This document shows, one piece after another, positions 19,799 to 29,660 of a stretch of 64,000 bases of DNA. The stretch lies in the NCBI GenBank assembly GCA_964384425.1, contig CAYLKE010000003.1:26147-90146 (forward strand). The letters are read 5' to 3'. Made by a program: the position numbers and the translations under genes. Each line of letters opens with the position of its first letter. Positions within the stretch are counted from its first letter, which is position 1. The notes under the pieces were generated by a model, which had not been told where the DNA came from, searched no databases, and was given only the letters and a program-made list of their open reading frames with translations. This stretch comes from an uncultured Methanosarcinales archaeon (GTDB lineage: Archaea; Nanobdellota; Nanobdellia; Woesearchaeales; JAGLXL01).

Positions 19799-20668
19799 AT
19801 GAAACCATTTATAATTTTACTAGATAAGTGTAATCTTAATTGTAAGTATTGTTTTTATAGACAAAAGAACGATGCATTAAATAAAGAACTTGATTTTGAT
19901 TCTCTTAAAGGATTTTTATCTTACACAAAAAGATTTATTGATAATGAGATTATGGTTACTGGTGGTGAGCCTTTATTATATTCTCGTTTTGATGATCTAA
20001 TGGATTATTTTATTGAATCAGATTATAAAATGAGACTAAATTCTAATCTTACTTTGTTAGATACAGTTAATCAAAATAAATTAAAACAAGCAGTTAGTAG
20101 AGTAGATACAACAATAGATCACTTAGATGAAAAAATCCATAACTTGTTGAGAGGTGGACATAATAAATCAATGCAAAGTCTGAAAACATTGAATGACATG
20201 AATATCCCATTTGGTATTTCTATTATTATGAATAAAAATAATTATTTAGATACAGAAAAAATATATGAAAACTTATCAACTTTAAATCCAGATTATATAT
20301 TCTTTCAACCAGTCCATACTTTTTCTAAAAAATATGAGAAAATGTTTGGGTTAGGTGATATAGGTCATAATTCACTTAAAAAAATGACTACTAATCTAGA
20401 AAGATGGGCAAAAGAACAAAATCAAGAACACAAGTTAGAGATGTTAAAAGATTATTATCTTAACAATAAAGGACCAGATACTTACTGTCAAATGATTCAA
20501 AATAATTTTGTAATTAATTGTAATGGAGATGTTAATCCTTGTTTTCATATAAGTAATGCTGAATATGGTAATTTATACAAAGATAATACTATGAAGATTA
20601 TTGAAAACATCAAAAATTATGATAAAAGAAAGAAATGCTTCGCAGAGAAATGTTTTCCTCTTTATTAA
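19799..20668 (+). CDS. Radical SAM enzyme (short, Cys-rich C-terminus)
   Basis: CNLNCKYC (CX3CX2C), GGEPLL, and C-terminal Cys residues (YCQ...NCNGDVNPC, KKCFAEKC) suggesting an auxiliary cluster. Confidence 0.75.
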   Translation: MKPFIILLDKCNLNCKYCFYRQKNDALNKELDFDSLKGFLSYTKRFIDNEIMVTGGEPLLYSRFDDLMDYFIESDYKMRLNSNLTLLDTVNQNKLKQAVSRVDTTIDHLDEKIHNLLRGGHNKSMQSLKTLNDMNIPFGISIIMNKNNYLDTEKIYENLSTLNPDYIFFQPVHTFSKKYEKMFGLGDIGHNSLKKMTTNLERWAKEQNQEHKLEMLKDYYLNNKGPDTYCQMIQNNFVINCNGDVNPCFHISNAEYGNLYKDNTMKIIENIKNYDKRKKCFAEKCFPLY

Positions 20669-21423
20669 TCGATGTTTAAAATTTTCTTAATCATTTTAAT
20701 GTTTTCATTAGCAATTCTATTTTCTAATATATGGCCTAATTCTGAGGATGAAAGAAGGGGATCACCAATAACACCTATTTTACTTACATCTTTTAAATCT
20801 CCTCCTTGGAGTAATTTTTGATGATTATATTTCATAATATTGCCTTGTTGAATTTTTGTTTTTCTTACTTTATTAGGATATTCATTAAGCATAAAAGATG
20901 TTTCATATAAACCTGCATGACAAGAGTGAATGTCATGATTACCTATATTTGTTTTGAGATGAGTTCTTGCTTCAGTATCAATTATTTTGTCAAATTCATC
21001 TATTAAAAGAAAATTGATTGGAATAGTCAAGTTTTGTTTTATTGTTTGTATATTGTTATTAATTGGATTAATATTGCCCCCATGAGTTGTTATCAAGATA
21101 ATTCTCTTAAACCCATGTTTTTGAAGTGATAAAAATATATCATTTAATAAAAATGCTAAAGTTCTTTCTCTAAGTGTTATAGTTCCTTTAAAACTCATAT
21201 GGTGTGAGGAATATCCAAATGGGATAATCGGGGCAACAAGGATATTGTCCACTTTTTTTATAATCTTCTTAGCAATTGAATATGATGATAATGTATCAGT
21301 ATTTATGGGTAAGTGAGGTCCATGTTGTTCCATTGCTCCGATCATTACTAAAACTGCATCTATACCATTTTTTATCTCATGGTTTACTTCTTTCCAGGTC
21401 ATGTTTTCAATAAATCTTTTCAT
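20665..21423 (-). CDS. Creatininase-family amidohydrolase (MftE-like peptidase or ArfB-like deformylase)
   Basis: GAMEQHGPHLP..TD, TTHGGN and HAGLYETS are the family metal-binding motifs. Confidence 0.75.
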   Translation of the reverse strand: MKRFIENMTWKEVNHEIKNGIDAVLVMIGAMEQHGPHLPINTDTLSSYSIAKKIIKKVDNILVAPIIPFGYSSHHMSFKGTITLRERTLAFLLNDIFLSLQKHGFKRIILITTHGGNINPINNNIQTIKQNLTIPINFLLIDEFDKIIDTEARTHLKTNIGNHDIHSCHAGLYETSFMLNEYPNKVRKTKIQQGNIMKYNHQKLLQGGDLKDVSKIGVIGDPLLSSSELGHILENRIANENIKMIKKILNID

Positions 21424-21435
21424 TTTATATTCTTA

Positions 21436-22620
21436 TTATAGTAATCTTCTTTTTGATAAAACAGGAAATAAATTTGATTTTTTTATGTCATCATCTTTCA
21501 TTAGTTCACAAAACATGATATCTACTCCCATTCCAATTCCACAACTTGGTGGACTACCACAAGCAAGAGAATTAATATAATTTTCAAAATTATTTTTATT
21601 TAACCCTTTTTTCTCAATATTTGCAATTAATTCATCGGAATTAATTACTCTTTCTCCACCAGATGCAATGTTTGAAAAAATATTTCCCCATAATTCAAAT
21701 GAATGACAATAATCTTTTTCATCTTTAGTAAATGTTTTGTTAAAAAATGCTTTTGATTTTAGAGGATAATTCATTACCCAGAAAAAATCAGTATTAACAT
21801 ATTTTCTAATATCATTCATAAGGCCTTGATTTATTTGATGACTTTCACCCCAATTTACAATATGTCCTTTTTTGTTTAACATAGACAATACGTCGTCGTA
21901 AGTTATTTTATCGAATGTAAATTCTCTTTCTGGTGCAGTTGATTTAATTAATCCTTCAAATAGATATATAAATTGATTTTTATTAGTATATGATTGGGTA
22001 ATGTCTAATACTTGAAATTCATCAAGACGTGATTTTCTTGGCTTATCGTTTTTTCTAAATAATTTATCAATTTCATACACTCTATCAAAATCAGAACTAA
22101 TCAATATTTGGTGATAAATTATATTACTTATTTTCAAATTTGCATCTTTTCCATAGAAATCAAGATTAAATGAATTGGTTTTACTTTGAACATGATCTCC
22201 AACAATCGTAGGGGAATTTACTTCCATGAATGTGTTATTCTGTAAGTAATTTCTAATATTATGTAAAAAATTAGACTTTTTTTTGAAATATTCTTTTGCT
22301 TCTGGATCAGATAATTGGTATGAACGATGATTATAATCAATTGTTCCCCATTTCTTTCTTTCATAAGGATAAGGAAGTCCTTTTTGATTTTTAGATAATA
22401 TTTCTAATTCACTTCCATTAATCTCATAAGTAAATTTATTACTTAATGATTCTTGTAAATTCCCTTTTACACATACAATATCTCTTAATGAAACAGATCT
22501 ATTTAATTTGCTTTTTACAATTACTTGGTATTTTTCACTATCATTCTCTATGATATAGAAATCATAATTCTTAGTTTTATTTATATTCATGACTCTTCCA
22601 TAAATTTTATTTTCATCCAT
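21436..22620 (-). CDS. Divergent class IIb aminoacyl-tRNA-synthetase paralog (Asp/AsnRS-like) with degenerate catalytic motifs
   Basis: OB-like N-terminus and motif 1-like FMEVNSP. Motif 2 reads LFRKNDKPRKSRLDEF where aspS has YRAEKHDTKRHLNEY. Motif 3 reads GIGMGVDIM where aspS has GIGIERL, so the Arg is lost. Confidence 0.6.
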   Translation of the reverse strand: MDENKIYGRVMNINKTKNYDFYIIENDSEKYQVIVKSKLNRSVSLRDIVCVKGNLQESLSNKFTYEINGSELEILSKNQKGLPYPYERKKWGTIDYNHRSYQLSDPEAKEYFKKKSNFLHNIRNYLQNNTFMEVNSPTIVGDHVQSKTNSFNLDFYGKDANLKISNIIYHQILISSDFDRVYEIDKLFRKNDKPRKSRLDEFQVLDITQSYTNKNQFIYLFEGLIKSTAPEREFTFDKITYDDVLSMLNKKGHIVNWGESHQINQGLMNDIRKYVNTDFFWVMNYPLKSKAFFNKTFTKDEKDYCHSFELWGNIFSNIASGGERVINSDELIANIEKKGLNKNNFENYINSLACGSPPSCGIGMGVDIMFCELMKDDDIKKSNLFPVLSKRRLL

Positions 22621-22744
22621 GAATATTCTTACTTTTTATTAATTAAAAAGGTTGTTGGAAAAAATTCGGATAATTTTCGATTTATTCTTTTTTACAGATA
22701 TAAATTTGTTTTTTATTGCAGGTTTGTCCCAAGACTCTACTAAA

Positions 22745-22969
22745 TCATAAAAAGATATTATGAAGTATTGCTTTGCAATATATTTCGCTTCTTGCAGAAC
22801 GAATTAATTTTGAACTTACATCACTTCCAAATTTTTGCTTAAATGAATGAAAAGTACTTTCAACCATATTTCTCTGGTTGTATCTTTTTTTTGGAAAATT
22901 TCTTTTCATCATTAACCTAAAATCCTCTTTTTGCACCTTTTCTCGAAGGAATAATAATTTCAATACCAT
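22745..22969 (-). pseudogene. C-terminal fragment of an IS5/IS4-type DDE transposase
   Basis: RYNQRNMVESTFHSFKQKFG matches the Y..R..VE..F...K..fG C-terminal transposase signature. Only 74 aa remain. Confidence 0.6.
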
Positions 22970-22983
22970 TATTCCTAAATAAT

Positions 22984-23210
22984 TTATTGAATAAAATATT
23001 CAGAAAATGCTTTATTATGATGTTTTACATAATGAATCGTAATAACTTCTTCTTTAATTTCAAAAATGATTACAAATGAACCTAAATGTGCTCTTCTATT
23101 TCCTTTTAAAATATTTTTTAGAGGTTTATAATGTTCTGGATTTTGTTTTAACTCTTTTATTTTTTTAATTGTTTTTCAAAAAATGGAGTAAAACGTATTG
23201 AATAATTCAT
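22984..23210 (-). pseudogene. RelE/ParE-family toxin gene interrupted by a frameshift in a poly-A run
   Basis: Own translation gives MNYSIRFTPFFEKQLKKK*. The +1 frame continues IKELKQNPEHYKPLKNILKGNRRAHLGSFVIIFEIKEEVITIHYVKHHNKAF, a RelE/ParE pattern. The ATG lies 1 nt after the antitoxin stop. Confidence 0.6.
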
Positions 23211-23211
23211 T

Positions 23212-23499
23212 TTATAAGGAATCAAAATAATTATCCATATCTTTGTCACTCTTAATGACTTTGCCCTTGCCAGACTTAGCTTCAGCCATGCTTTGTTTGA
23301 CACCAGCAATTAGTCTTTTATCACTATAGATTAATCTTTCATCCATATCATGGATTATTGGTCTCAATTCTTTGAATTCTTCTCGAATTCCACTTCTAAT
23401 AAGATCACTAAAATTAGAGAATAAACCTCTATTAACGAGTTCCATTCCTTCTTCATACAAGTTTTTTGGTAAAGATATTGTAAGTTTTTTAAATTCCAT
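23212..23499 (-). CDS. Ribbon-helix-helix (CopG-like) antitoxin
   Basis: LTISLPKNLYEEGMELV...FSNFSDLIRSGIRE is an RHH signature. Lies directly upstream of the RelE remnant. Confidence 0.6.
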   Translation of the reverse strand: MEFKKLTISLPKNLYEEGMELVNRGLFSNFSDLIRSGIREEFKELRPIIHDMDERLIYSDKRLIAGVKQSMAEAKSGKGKVIKSDKDMDNYFDSL

Positions 23500-23709
23500 T
23501 TATACCACCTTAATACATACTGAATAAGTATTATTATATAAATGTTACTAATTTTAAGATTTTTTAGTTTTGATATTATGTCTATAAATGAATTATTACA
23601 AAAAAACACTTGATAAATACAAAAGTGCCATTAATGCGGTTTAGGTCATTTGAAGTTAGTTGGTTATTAAGAATTTATTTAACACTAATTAAATCAAAAA
23701 TAGAAAATA

Positions 23710-24432
23710 CTAGTTTGTTATAAGATATTTATCTGTATTTTTTGGAGTATAATCTTTATCTCGTGAGTTCATTTCAAAAAACTTATTTGCATCCCTATAT
23801 TGTACATCTGCATCATTTTTCAAATGAGCATCCATGCATTTTATATTTGATGCAACTACATCATATTTATTTCTGTTAGTATCATTTTTTATTAAATCAC
23901 ATAATTTACTATCTATTTTCATTTCATTTCTTTTGAACTCAAATGCTCTGTACTGACCTTGGTGAGAATATACAAAAGCCACTCTCAAATCTTTTTCATT
24001 AGAATTTGAATTATTTTTTGCAACTTTTTCTTTTTCTGCAACTTTTTCTGTAAGTTTTTTGTAATCTGATTCAATATAATTTAATGTGTCTTCTATACTA
24101 TCACCATAAGATTCTCTAAAAATAATTTCATTATCATTATTTTCTTCAAAATAATCTTCTATGTTTAATTTTCCTGTTGAAAATATTAAAGCATATGCAC
24201 AATTTCCTTTTCCTAAATCATTTAAATGTCTTTTATAATTTTTAAGAATATCTTTGCCTTTTTTTAGTTTCAGTGATTCATATTGTCTTCTTGTACTTGT
24301 ATCAATAGTTATAGGTGATTTAGAGCCATCTGTAATTTCTTTTGGTTTTTCATCTGTAATGATACTTGTAAATGGCTTAGAACTATCTGTAAGATAAGCT
24401 GCTACAGGTATTTCATACTTTGATTGTGCCAT
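23710..24432 (-). CDS. Hypothetical protein
   Basis: 240-aa ORF, divergent from 24536..25654. No recognisable motif. Confidence 0.4.
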   Translation of the reverse strand: MAQSKYEIPVAAYLTDSSKPFTSIITDEKPKEITDGSKSPITIDTSTRRQYESLKLKKGKDILKNYKRHLNDLGKGNCAYALIFSTGKLNIEDYFEENNDNEIIFRESYGDSIEDTLNYIESDYKKLTEKVAEKEKVAKNNSNSNEKDLRVAFVYSHQGQYRAFEFKRNEMKIDSKLCDLIKNDTNRNKYDVVASNIKCMDAHLKNDADVQYRDANKFFEMNSRDKDYTPKNTDKYLITN

Positions 24433-24535
24433 TTTATTATATATAATAGATTGTACTATTTAAATATTTCTAATTATTTTTGTATCTCTAGAATAGGACA
24501 TAAACTTTAAAAACACAATCAAAAATCATTTAAAA

Positions 24536-25654
24536 ATGAACTATAGAGAAATAAATGATGATAGAAGAAGAAAACAATATCAGAAAAATCAAGAAAGAAC
24601 TTTAATTAGATTAGAGGATATTGATAAAGAAGTTGCTGAATATATTGAAGAAAACACTTTAGATATTAAAGTTTTGAAAGTTTTGGAAGTTTTGAAAGAA
24701 AAGCATTCTGATAGTGGACTTGTCAATATAAATTCTTTTGAAGATTTAGATAAAATAAATAATAATTATGAATCTGTTAGTTCTTTTTATGAAATATTTA
24801 CGAGATCATTAAGTTCCTACCTTGATGGTAGAAGTCCTTTGATAACTGTAATGAGTTATAATAATGAAATGAAATACTTTGGAGATATGGCTAAAAAACA
24901 CAGACATATAAAACATATTCCTGTGAAATGTGGTGTAAAAGCAAATGAATTCCTTAAAAATGATTTAGTTGATTTGATGATAGCAAATTATGATTTTATA
25001 GAAGATGGACATGGTACTAAAATAATTAATTCATTAATGCAATCAAAAGCTAAACTACTTATTGTACCTTCAAAAGAATCTTCTGTAACAGCTAGTTATG
25101 ATTTATTTTCTTTTCCTCATTATTTTGAAATAACTCCTATAACTCCTTGTTCTAATGAAGGTTATGAAAAAAGAAAATTAATTGAAGATTCTATTGGTAA
25201 TGATAATAATATTGTAGAAGGGGTTTCTAGTGTGAAGAAAAAAAGAATTGAATTGCCTTATAATGTTGGGAAAGTGATAAATCCTAAAGAAGTATATCAT
25301 CGTTTTTTTGACTCTATTTCAGAAATATATAGATCTGATGAAAAAAATATATCTAATGTAATTCCTTCACTTCCAAAATTATATCTTTTATCATATGAAT
25401 GTGGATTAATTGCAGGTAAAGATAAAGGTAAATTACTTCAAAGAAACAGAGATTTAAGATTAACTAATCCTAGTTGGTTGTTAGGTACATCTGTTCTTTT
25501 AGATAATATGTCTTATAGAGGAGAAATATCTAAAAAAGATAAACATTTAGAACAAATAAGATATATAATAAATACTTGTCCTATTAATAAAACTTCTTTA
25601 TGTGGTGAAGGTATGTGTGATATACAAACAGATGATATTAAAAGAAGACATTAG
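24536..25654 (+). CDS. Hypothetical protein
   Basis: 372-aa ORF upstream of the kinase genes. No recognisable motif. Confidence 0.4.
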   Translation: MNYREINDDRRRKQYQKNQERTLIRLEDIDKEVAEYIEENTLDIKVLKVLEVLKEKHSDSGLVNINSFEDLDKINNNYESVSSFYEIFTRSLSSYLDGRSPLITVMSYNNEMKYFGDMAKKHRHIKHIPVKCGVKANEFLKNDLVDLMIANYDFIEDGHGTKIINSLMQSKAKLLIVPSKESSVTASYDLFSFPHYFEITPITPCSNEGYEKRKLIEDSIGNDNNIVEGVSSVKKKRIELPYNVGKVINPKEVYHRFFDSISEIYRSDEKNISNVIPSLPKLYLLSYECGLIAGKDKGKLLQRNRDLRLTNPSWLLGTSVLLDNMSYRGEISKKDKHLEQIRYIINTCPINKTSLCGEGMCDIQTDDIKRRH

Positions 25655-25754
25655 TTCTTTAAAATAAAAACATTTATATATTATTACTATTTAATAGTGA
25701 TAAATATAATAAAGTATACAAAATATAATAAATTCCCCATAATTATAAGATAAA

Positions 25755-28700
25755 ATGGCACCAAATATCAATGAAATCAAAAAAATGCTTGTAGATAATT
25801 TTGAAGGAGATAATCGTAAAAAAGTCTTCAAATATCTAAAAAGTAGAAAATTTGATGTAGATAAAATAAAACCTTTTAGATTAGGTGGAAAAGTTATTGA
25901 CCTTAGGCCAATGATAGAGAAAATTGATAATTCTTTAGAAAATTTTGAAACTTCAGAAAATAATACAGTAGATTATAATGATAATCTTACAATGCAAGAA
26001 GATGGTGCTAATAATTCTTTAGGAAAAACACATGAAAAAAGATACACCAATAATGATTTTCTTCATTACGAATACAAAATAGAAGATAGTCCTAATTATG
26101 TTTTTTTACAAAATAAAGTTAAAGATAATACAATAAGAAAATCTCTTATTGAATTAGAGAAAAATAACCCAGATAGATATCATGAAATGAAGTTTTTTGG
26201 AAAACAAGGTGCAATGGGTGCTATGATACTTGCAAAAGACAGAAAAGCATATGATAGTAGTGTGTTGATTAAAGTTCCAAAAGATATATCAAATTCAAAT
26301 AGTTTAATTAGATTTAGAAAAGAAGCAAAAGCAACAAGAATAGCTTCTGAAAAAGCAACTTCCAATCATCTTGTTGATCTTCATATAAAACCTGGAGATG
26401 CTGCTTATTCTGTTCAGAAAAGATTGAGTGACAGATCAATTTCTGGTGCTGATTATCATCTTAGAGCAGGTAATAAAGGAAGTCATCTTAAATCAAAATA
26501 TAGTTTAGATGACATTGTGTCTACTTTTACAAATCTTGTAAAACAAATGGATATTTTATCTCATGAAGGTTTAATACATAGGGATATTAAACCAGATAAT
26601 TTCTTGGTTGATCCTGATTTTAATACAACAGATGTTCTTGATTGGGGTTTAACTAAAATATTAGATGATGATAATACTTTAGAAGATAATGATGTAAGAG
26701 ATAGAGCTGAAGCTTTTAAAAATTCTATGACATTGCATGATGTTATTCTTGATGAAAATGGAAATTATAGTTCAAAAAGTAGAACTAAAGACAATAAAGA
26801 AGTTGTTTTAACAATGAATGCTATGGGAACACCATTGTATATGTCTTCTGAACAGGCAGATTCTGAAAGATTAGATCAAGTATCACATCAAACTGATATT
26901 TATTCTCTGGGAGGAGTTCTTTATTATATGCTTACTGGTACTGATCCTCGTCCTCTTAGTGAGAGAGGAAGAAAGGTTAGTGGATTGCCAGGGATAATGC
27001 TTATGAAATATGATGGTAGTTTTTCAGAAAATCTTGATTACAGAAGAATTAGGAAATTGAAAAAAGGAAAAGCTTTGGAAGGTATGATTAAGAAGATGAT
27101 GGCATTTAATCTTGATGAAAGATATCAAGATTATGGAGAGATTGTTGATGATATTAATAAATGGAAAAATGATGAAGATCTTTCTTGTTATGAATATTCT
27201 AAATTAGACAAGTTTAAGTTTTGGGTAAAAAATCAAACAGGGAAAGCAGTTGGTGCTGGTGCTGGAGCTTTATTTGCAATAGCTTTGATTGCTGGTGGAA
27301 TAGGATTTATGAATTATCAGAGTGGTGTTGAGTTAAAGGAAGCTGAAACAAGATTAGAGTTGAAAGAGAAAGAGCAAGAGAAACAGAAGAGTGAGAATGA
27401 AAAGAAACTAGCTTTGGAAAGAGCTAAGAAAAAAGGATTGGAGAATAAGTTGTTGAGTTCTTTCAATGAAAAGATTAAGAACTTATTTGGAAGAAGAAAA
27501 AAGAAATTGAATACTATAAATGAAATTGGATTTATGAATAACAACCACAATGATAATCTTACATTAATTAAATACACATTAAAAGATAATGATTGGGCAA
27601 ATTACATTACAGATGAAGTTTTTTGGAAATTAACTTATGCTGTAAGACATGAAAATCTAAAAAAACAATTGCCAGAATTATTAGTTAATACTAAAAATGA
27701 AGATATGCAAAAAGCAATTCTTGAAAATTGCAAATATTTTGATATCATAAGATATGATAAAAAAGATCTTGAAGATGAGTGGAAAAGAAAAAATATGTTA
27801 TTAGAACTTAGAAATAATGAAGGATTTAATGTAATAGCAAGATACAATTATTTAGATAGTTTGAGAAAAGTCAAGATAAAAACTTTGTTTAATGAAATTG
27901 ATAAAGAACATGAGATTATCGGATCAAAGATTGAAAAGAATTATCAAAATGCAATATTGGAGATTGCTAATTTCTTGAATGCATCTGCAAAAGATAGATT
28001 AACATTAGATGAGATTCTTAAAATTAAAAATACTTCTAAAGTAAGTTATTTTGTTGAAAGAATGAAAGAAAGAAATAAAAAAGATAAAAAAGAATGGATG
28101 GAAAAATACATTTCTAAGATAGAAGAGAATAAAGACTATCATGAATTATGTTTAGATATATCATTTGATGTTTATGATTTGTTGTTGAATTTTTCAAGAA
28201 GGTCAATGATAAATACTGAAAAATTTGTGAAACAGATAAATGCTGGATTTAATGTATTGCCTGCAGAAAGAAAAGAAAAAAAGATATGGGAAAAGATAAG
28301 AGAATATGATAAAGAAGTTAATAAATTTGATAATAATTTTATTGCAAAATATAAACTAAATTTATTGTCTAGTTTTGGTTATAATCTCACGTCAGACATT
28401 AATTCTGCTAAGTATTTAGTCACATTTCATGGAAAAAATACAAAGGAAAATTTAAATGATTTTAAGAAAAAATTAAATTTTTACTTGAAAAAAAATACAG
28501 AATTTGCTAAATTTAATAACGCTCCTGATGGAGAAAAATTATATAGTTATTTTAATAATGAAAAATCAAAAGCAAAATATTTTTTATTGGAATTTAAATA
28601 CAATATAAGAAAGGAAGATGACATGAATGAAAGAGATAAAATATATCAAAAATATGAAAATAAAATTAATAAATTAATTAATGAAATGAAAGATTATCAA

Positions 28701-28826
28701 AAAGTAATTAGCAGTATTTTGGATTTAACTAATAAACAAAAAAAATGGTTTAATAAAACAATAAATTTTTATGGTTCTGCATGTGAAACAATAAGAAATC
28801 TAATAGAAAAAAATAAGAAAAAATAA
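25755..28826 (+). CDS. Membrane-anchored eukaryotic-like Ser/Thr protein kinase with long coiled-coil/helical C-terminal region
   Basis: GKQGAMGAM (Gly loop), VLIKV, HRDIKPDNF, DWG (DFG variant), GTPLYMSSE. Single TM at AVGAGAGALFAIALIAGGIGF, then EKE-rich coiled coil. Confidence 0.8.
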   Translation: MAPNINEIKKMLVDNFEGDNRKKVFKYLKSRKFDVDKIKPFRLGGKVIDLRPMIEKIDNSLENFETSENNTVDYNDNLTMQEDGANNSLGKTHEKRYTNNDFLHYEYKIEDSPNYVFLQNKVKDNTIRKSLIELEKNNPDRYHEMKFFGKQGAMGAMILAKDRKAYDSSVLIKVPKDISNSNSLIRFRKEAKATRIASEKATSNHLVDLHIKPGDAAYSVQKRLSDRSISGADYHLRAGNKGSHLKSKYSLDDIVSTFTNLVKQMDILSHEGLIHRDIKPDNFLVDPDFNTTDVLDWGLTKILDDDNTLEDNDVRDRAEAFKNSMTLHDVILDENGNYSSKSRTKDNKEVVLTMNAMGTPLYMSSEQADSERLDQVSHQTDIYSLGGVLYYMLTGTDPRPLSERGRKVSGLPGIMLMKYDGSFSENLDYRRIRKLKKGKALEGMIKKMMAFNLDERYQDYGEIVDDINKWKNDEDLSCYEYSKLDKFKFWVKNQTGKAVGAGAGALFAIALIAGGIGFMNYQSGVELKEAETRLELKEKEQEKQKSENEKKLALERAKKKGLENKLLSSFNEKIKNLFGRRKKKLNTINEIGFMNNNHNDNLTLIKYTLKDNDWANYITDEVFWKLTYAVRHENLKKQLPELLVNTKNEDMQKAILENCKYFDIIRYDKKDLEDEWKRKNMLLELRNNEGFNVIARYNYLDSLRKVKIKTLFNEIDKEHEIIGSKIEKNYQNAILEIANFLNASAKDRLTLDEILKIKNTSKVSYFVERMKERNKKDKKEWMEKYISKIEENKDYHELCLDISFDVYDLLLNFSRRSMINTEKFVKQINAGFNVLPAERKEKKIWEKIREYDKEVNKFDNNFIAKYKLNLLSSFGYNLTSDINSAKYLVTFHGKNTKENLNDFKKKLNFYLKKNTEFAKFNNAPDGEKLYSYFNNEKSKAKYFLLEFKYNIRKEDDMNERDKIYQKYENKINKLINEMKDYQKVISSILDLTNKQKKWFNKTINFYGSACETIRNLIEKNKKK

Positions 28827-28831
28827 AAATA

Positions 28832-29500
28832 TTAAATTAGGTTTTTAATAGATTTCAGCATAAAAGAAAATAAAGCCTCATCTTTATCAACAATAAATTT
28901 TTCTTGGGCTATTAATTTATCCCGATAGGTAGCATCAATTCTATAATAACCCTTAACAAGATCATTTATATAAAATTGGCCATCCACTTCCACTATATCT
29001 CCAAAATTTACATTAATTTTATTATATTTTTGTTTTAAGTCTGATGTATAATATAAAATATAATCTAAATCTTCATAATTATCTATTTCACTTTCAATAT
29101 TGAATAGTACACTACTTCCATAATTATAATGAGGAACATCTTGCCAATTATATTGATTAAAATCATAAAGAATATTATTAAAACCAAAATTATTAGCTCC
29201 GTTACTTTCTATACAATTTATTTCACAAGATTCAATACAATCTCTTATTTTTTTCTCAGGATCATCATTATATGTTGGGGTTGTGGTGGTTGGGTTATCA
29301 ACTAGTTCAAATTCTGGTTCTGAAGGGTCTTCATTATTTGGTGGAGAATTACTTCCTATATTAATAGAATCTTCATTTTCACTATCTACAGCTCCACCAA
29401 CACTATACCCAGTCATTCCTCCGAACATGAGTCCGACAAATGTAAACATAATAACAGAAAGTACTAAAGTAACAATGATTGCTTCATTTTTTTTATCCAT
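28832..29500 (-). CDS. Membrane-anchored hypothetical protein
   Basis: N-terminal TM (AIIVTLVLSVIMFTFVGLMFGG), then an acidic linker and a Cys-containing domain. Confidence 0.45.
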   Translation of the reverse strand: MDKKNEAIIVTLVLSVIMFTFVGLMFGGMTGYSVGGAVDSENEDSINIGSNSPPNNEDPSEPEFELVDNPTTTTPTYNDDPEKKIRDCIESCEINCIESNGANNFGFNNILYDFNQYNWQDVPHYNYGSSVLFNIESEIDNYEDLDYILYYTSDLKQKYNKINVNFGDIVEVDGQFYINDLVKGYYRIDATYRDKLIAQEKFIVDKDEALFSFMLKSIKNLI

Positions 29501-29660
29501 ATTAACACCTCTATTTAAACATTCTAATGAAATATTTATATAATAATAGAGTATATTATTGAAATAATATATTTAAAGGTTAGTATTAACTGATGAGTTA
29601 ATATTTATAAAGAAAACTTTATATATTTGTGTTTATTAATTAGTAGTGAAATGAAGTAAA

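Noticed and set aside
20665-21423. Calling the creatininase-family gene a creatinine amidohydrolase
   Set aside because: The family signature is clear, but the literal function is implausible here. MftE-like peptidase or ArfB-like deformylase are the realistic alternatives, and the call is left open.
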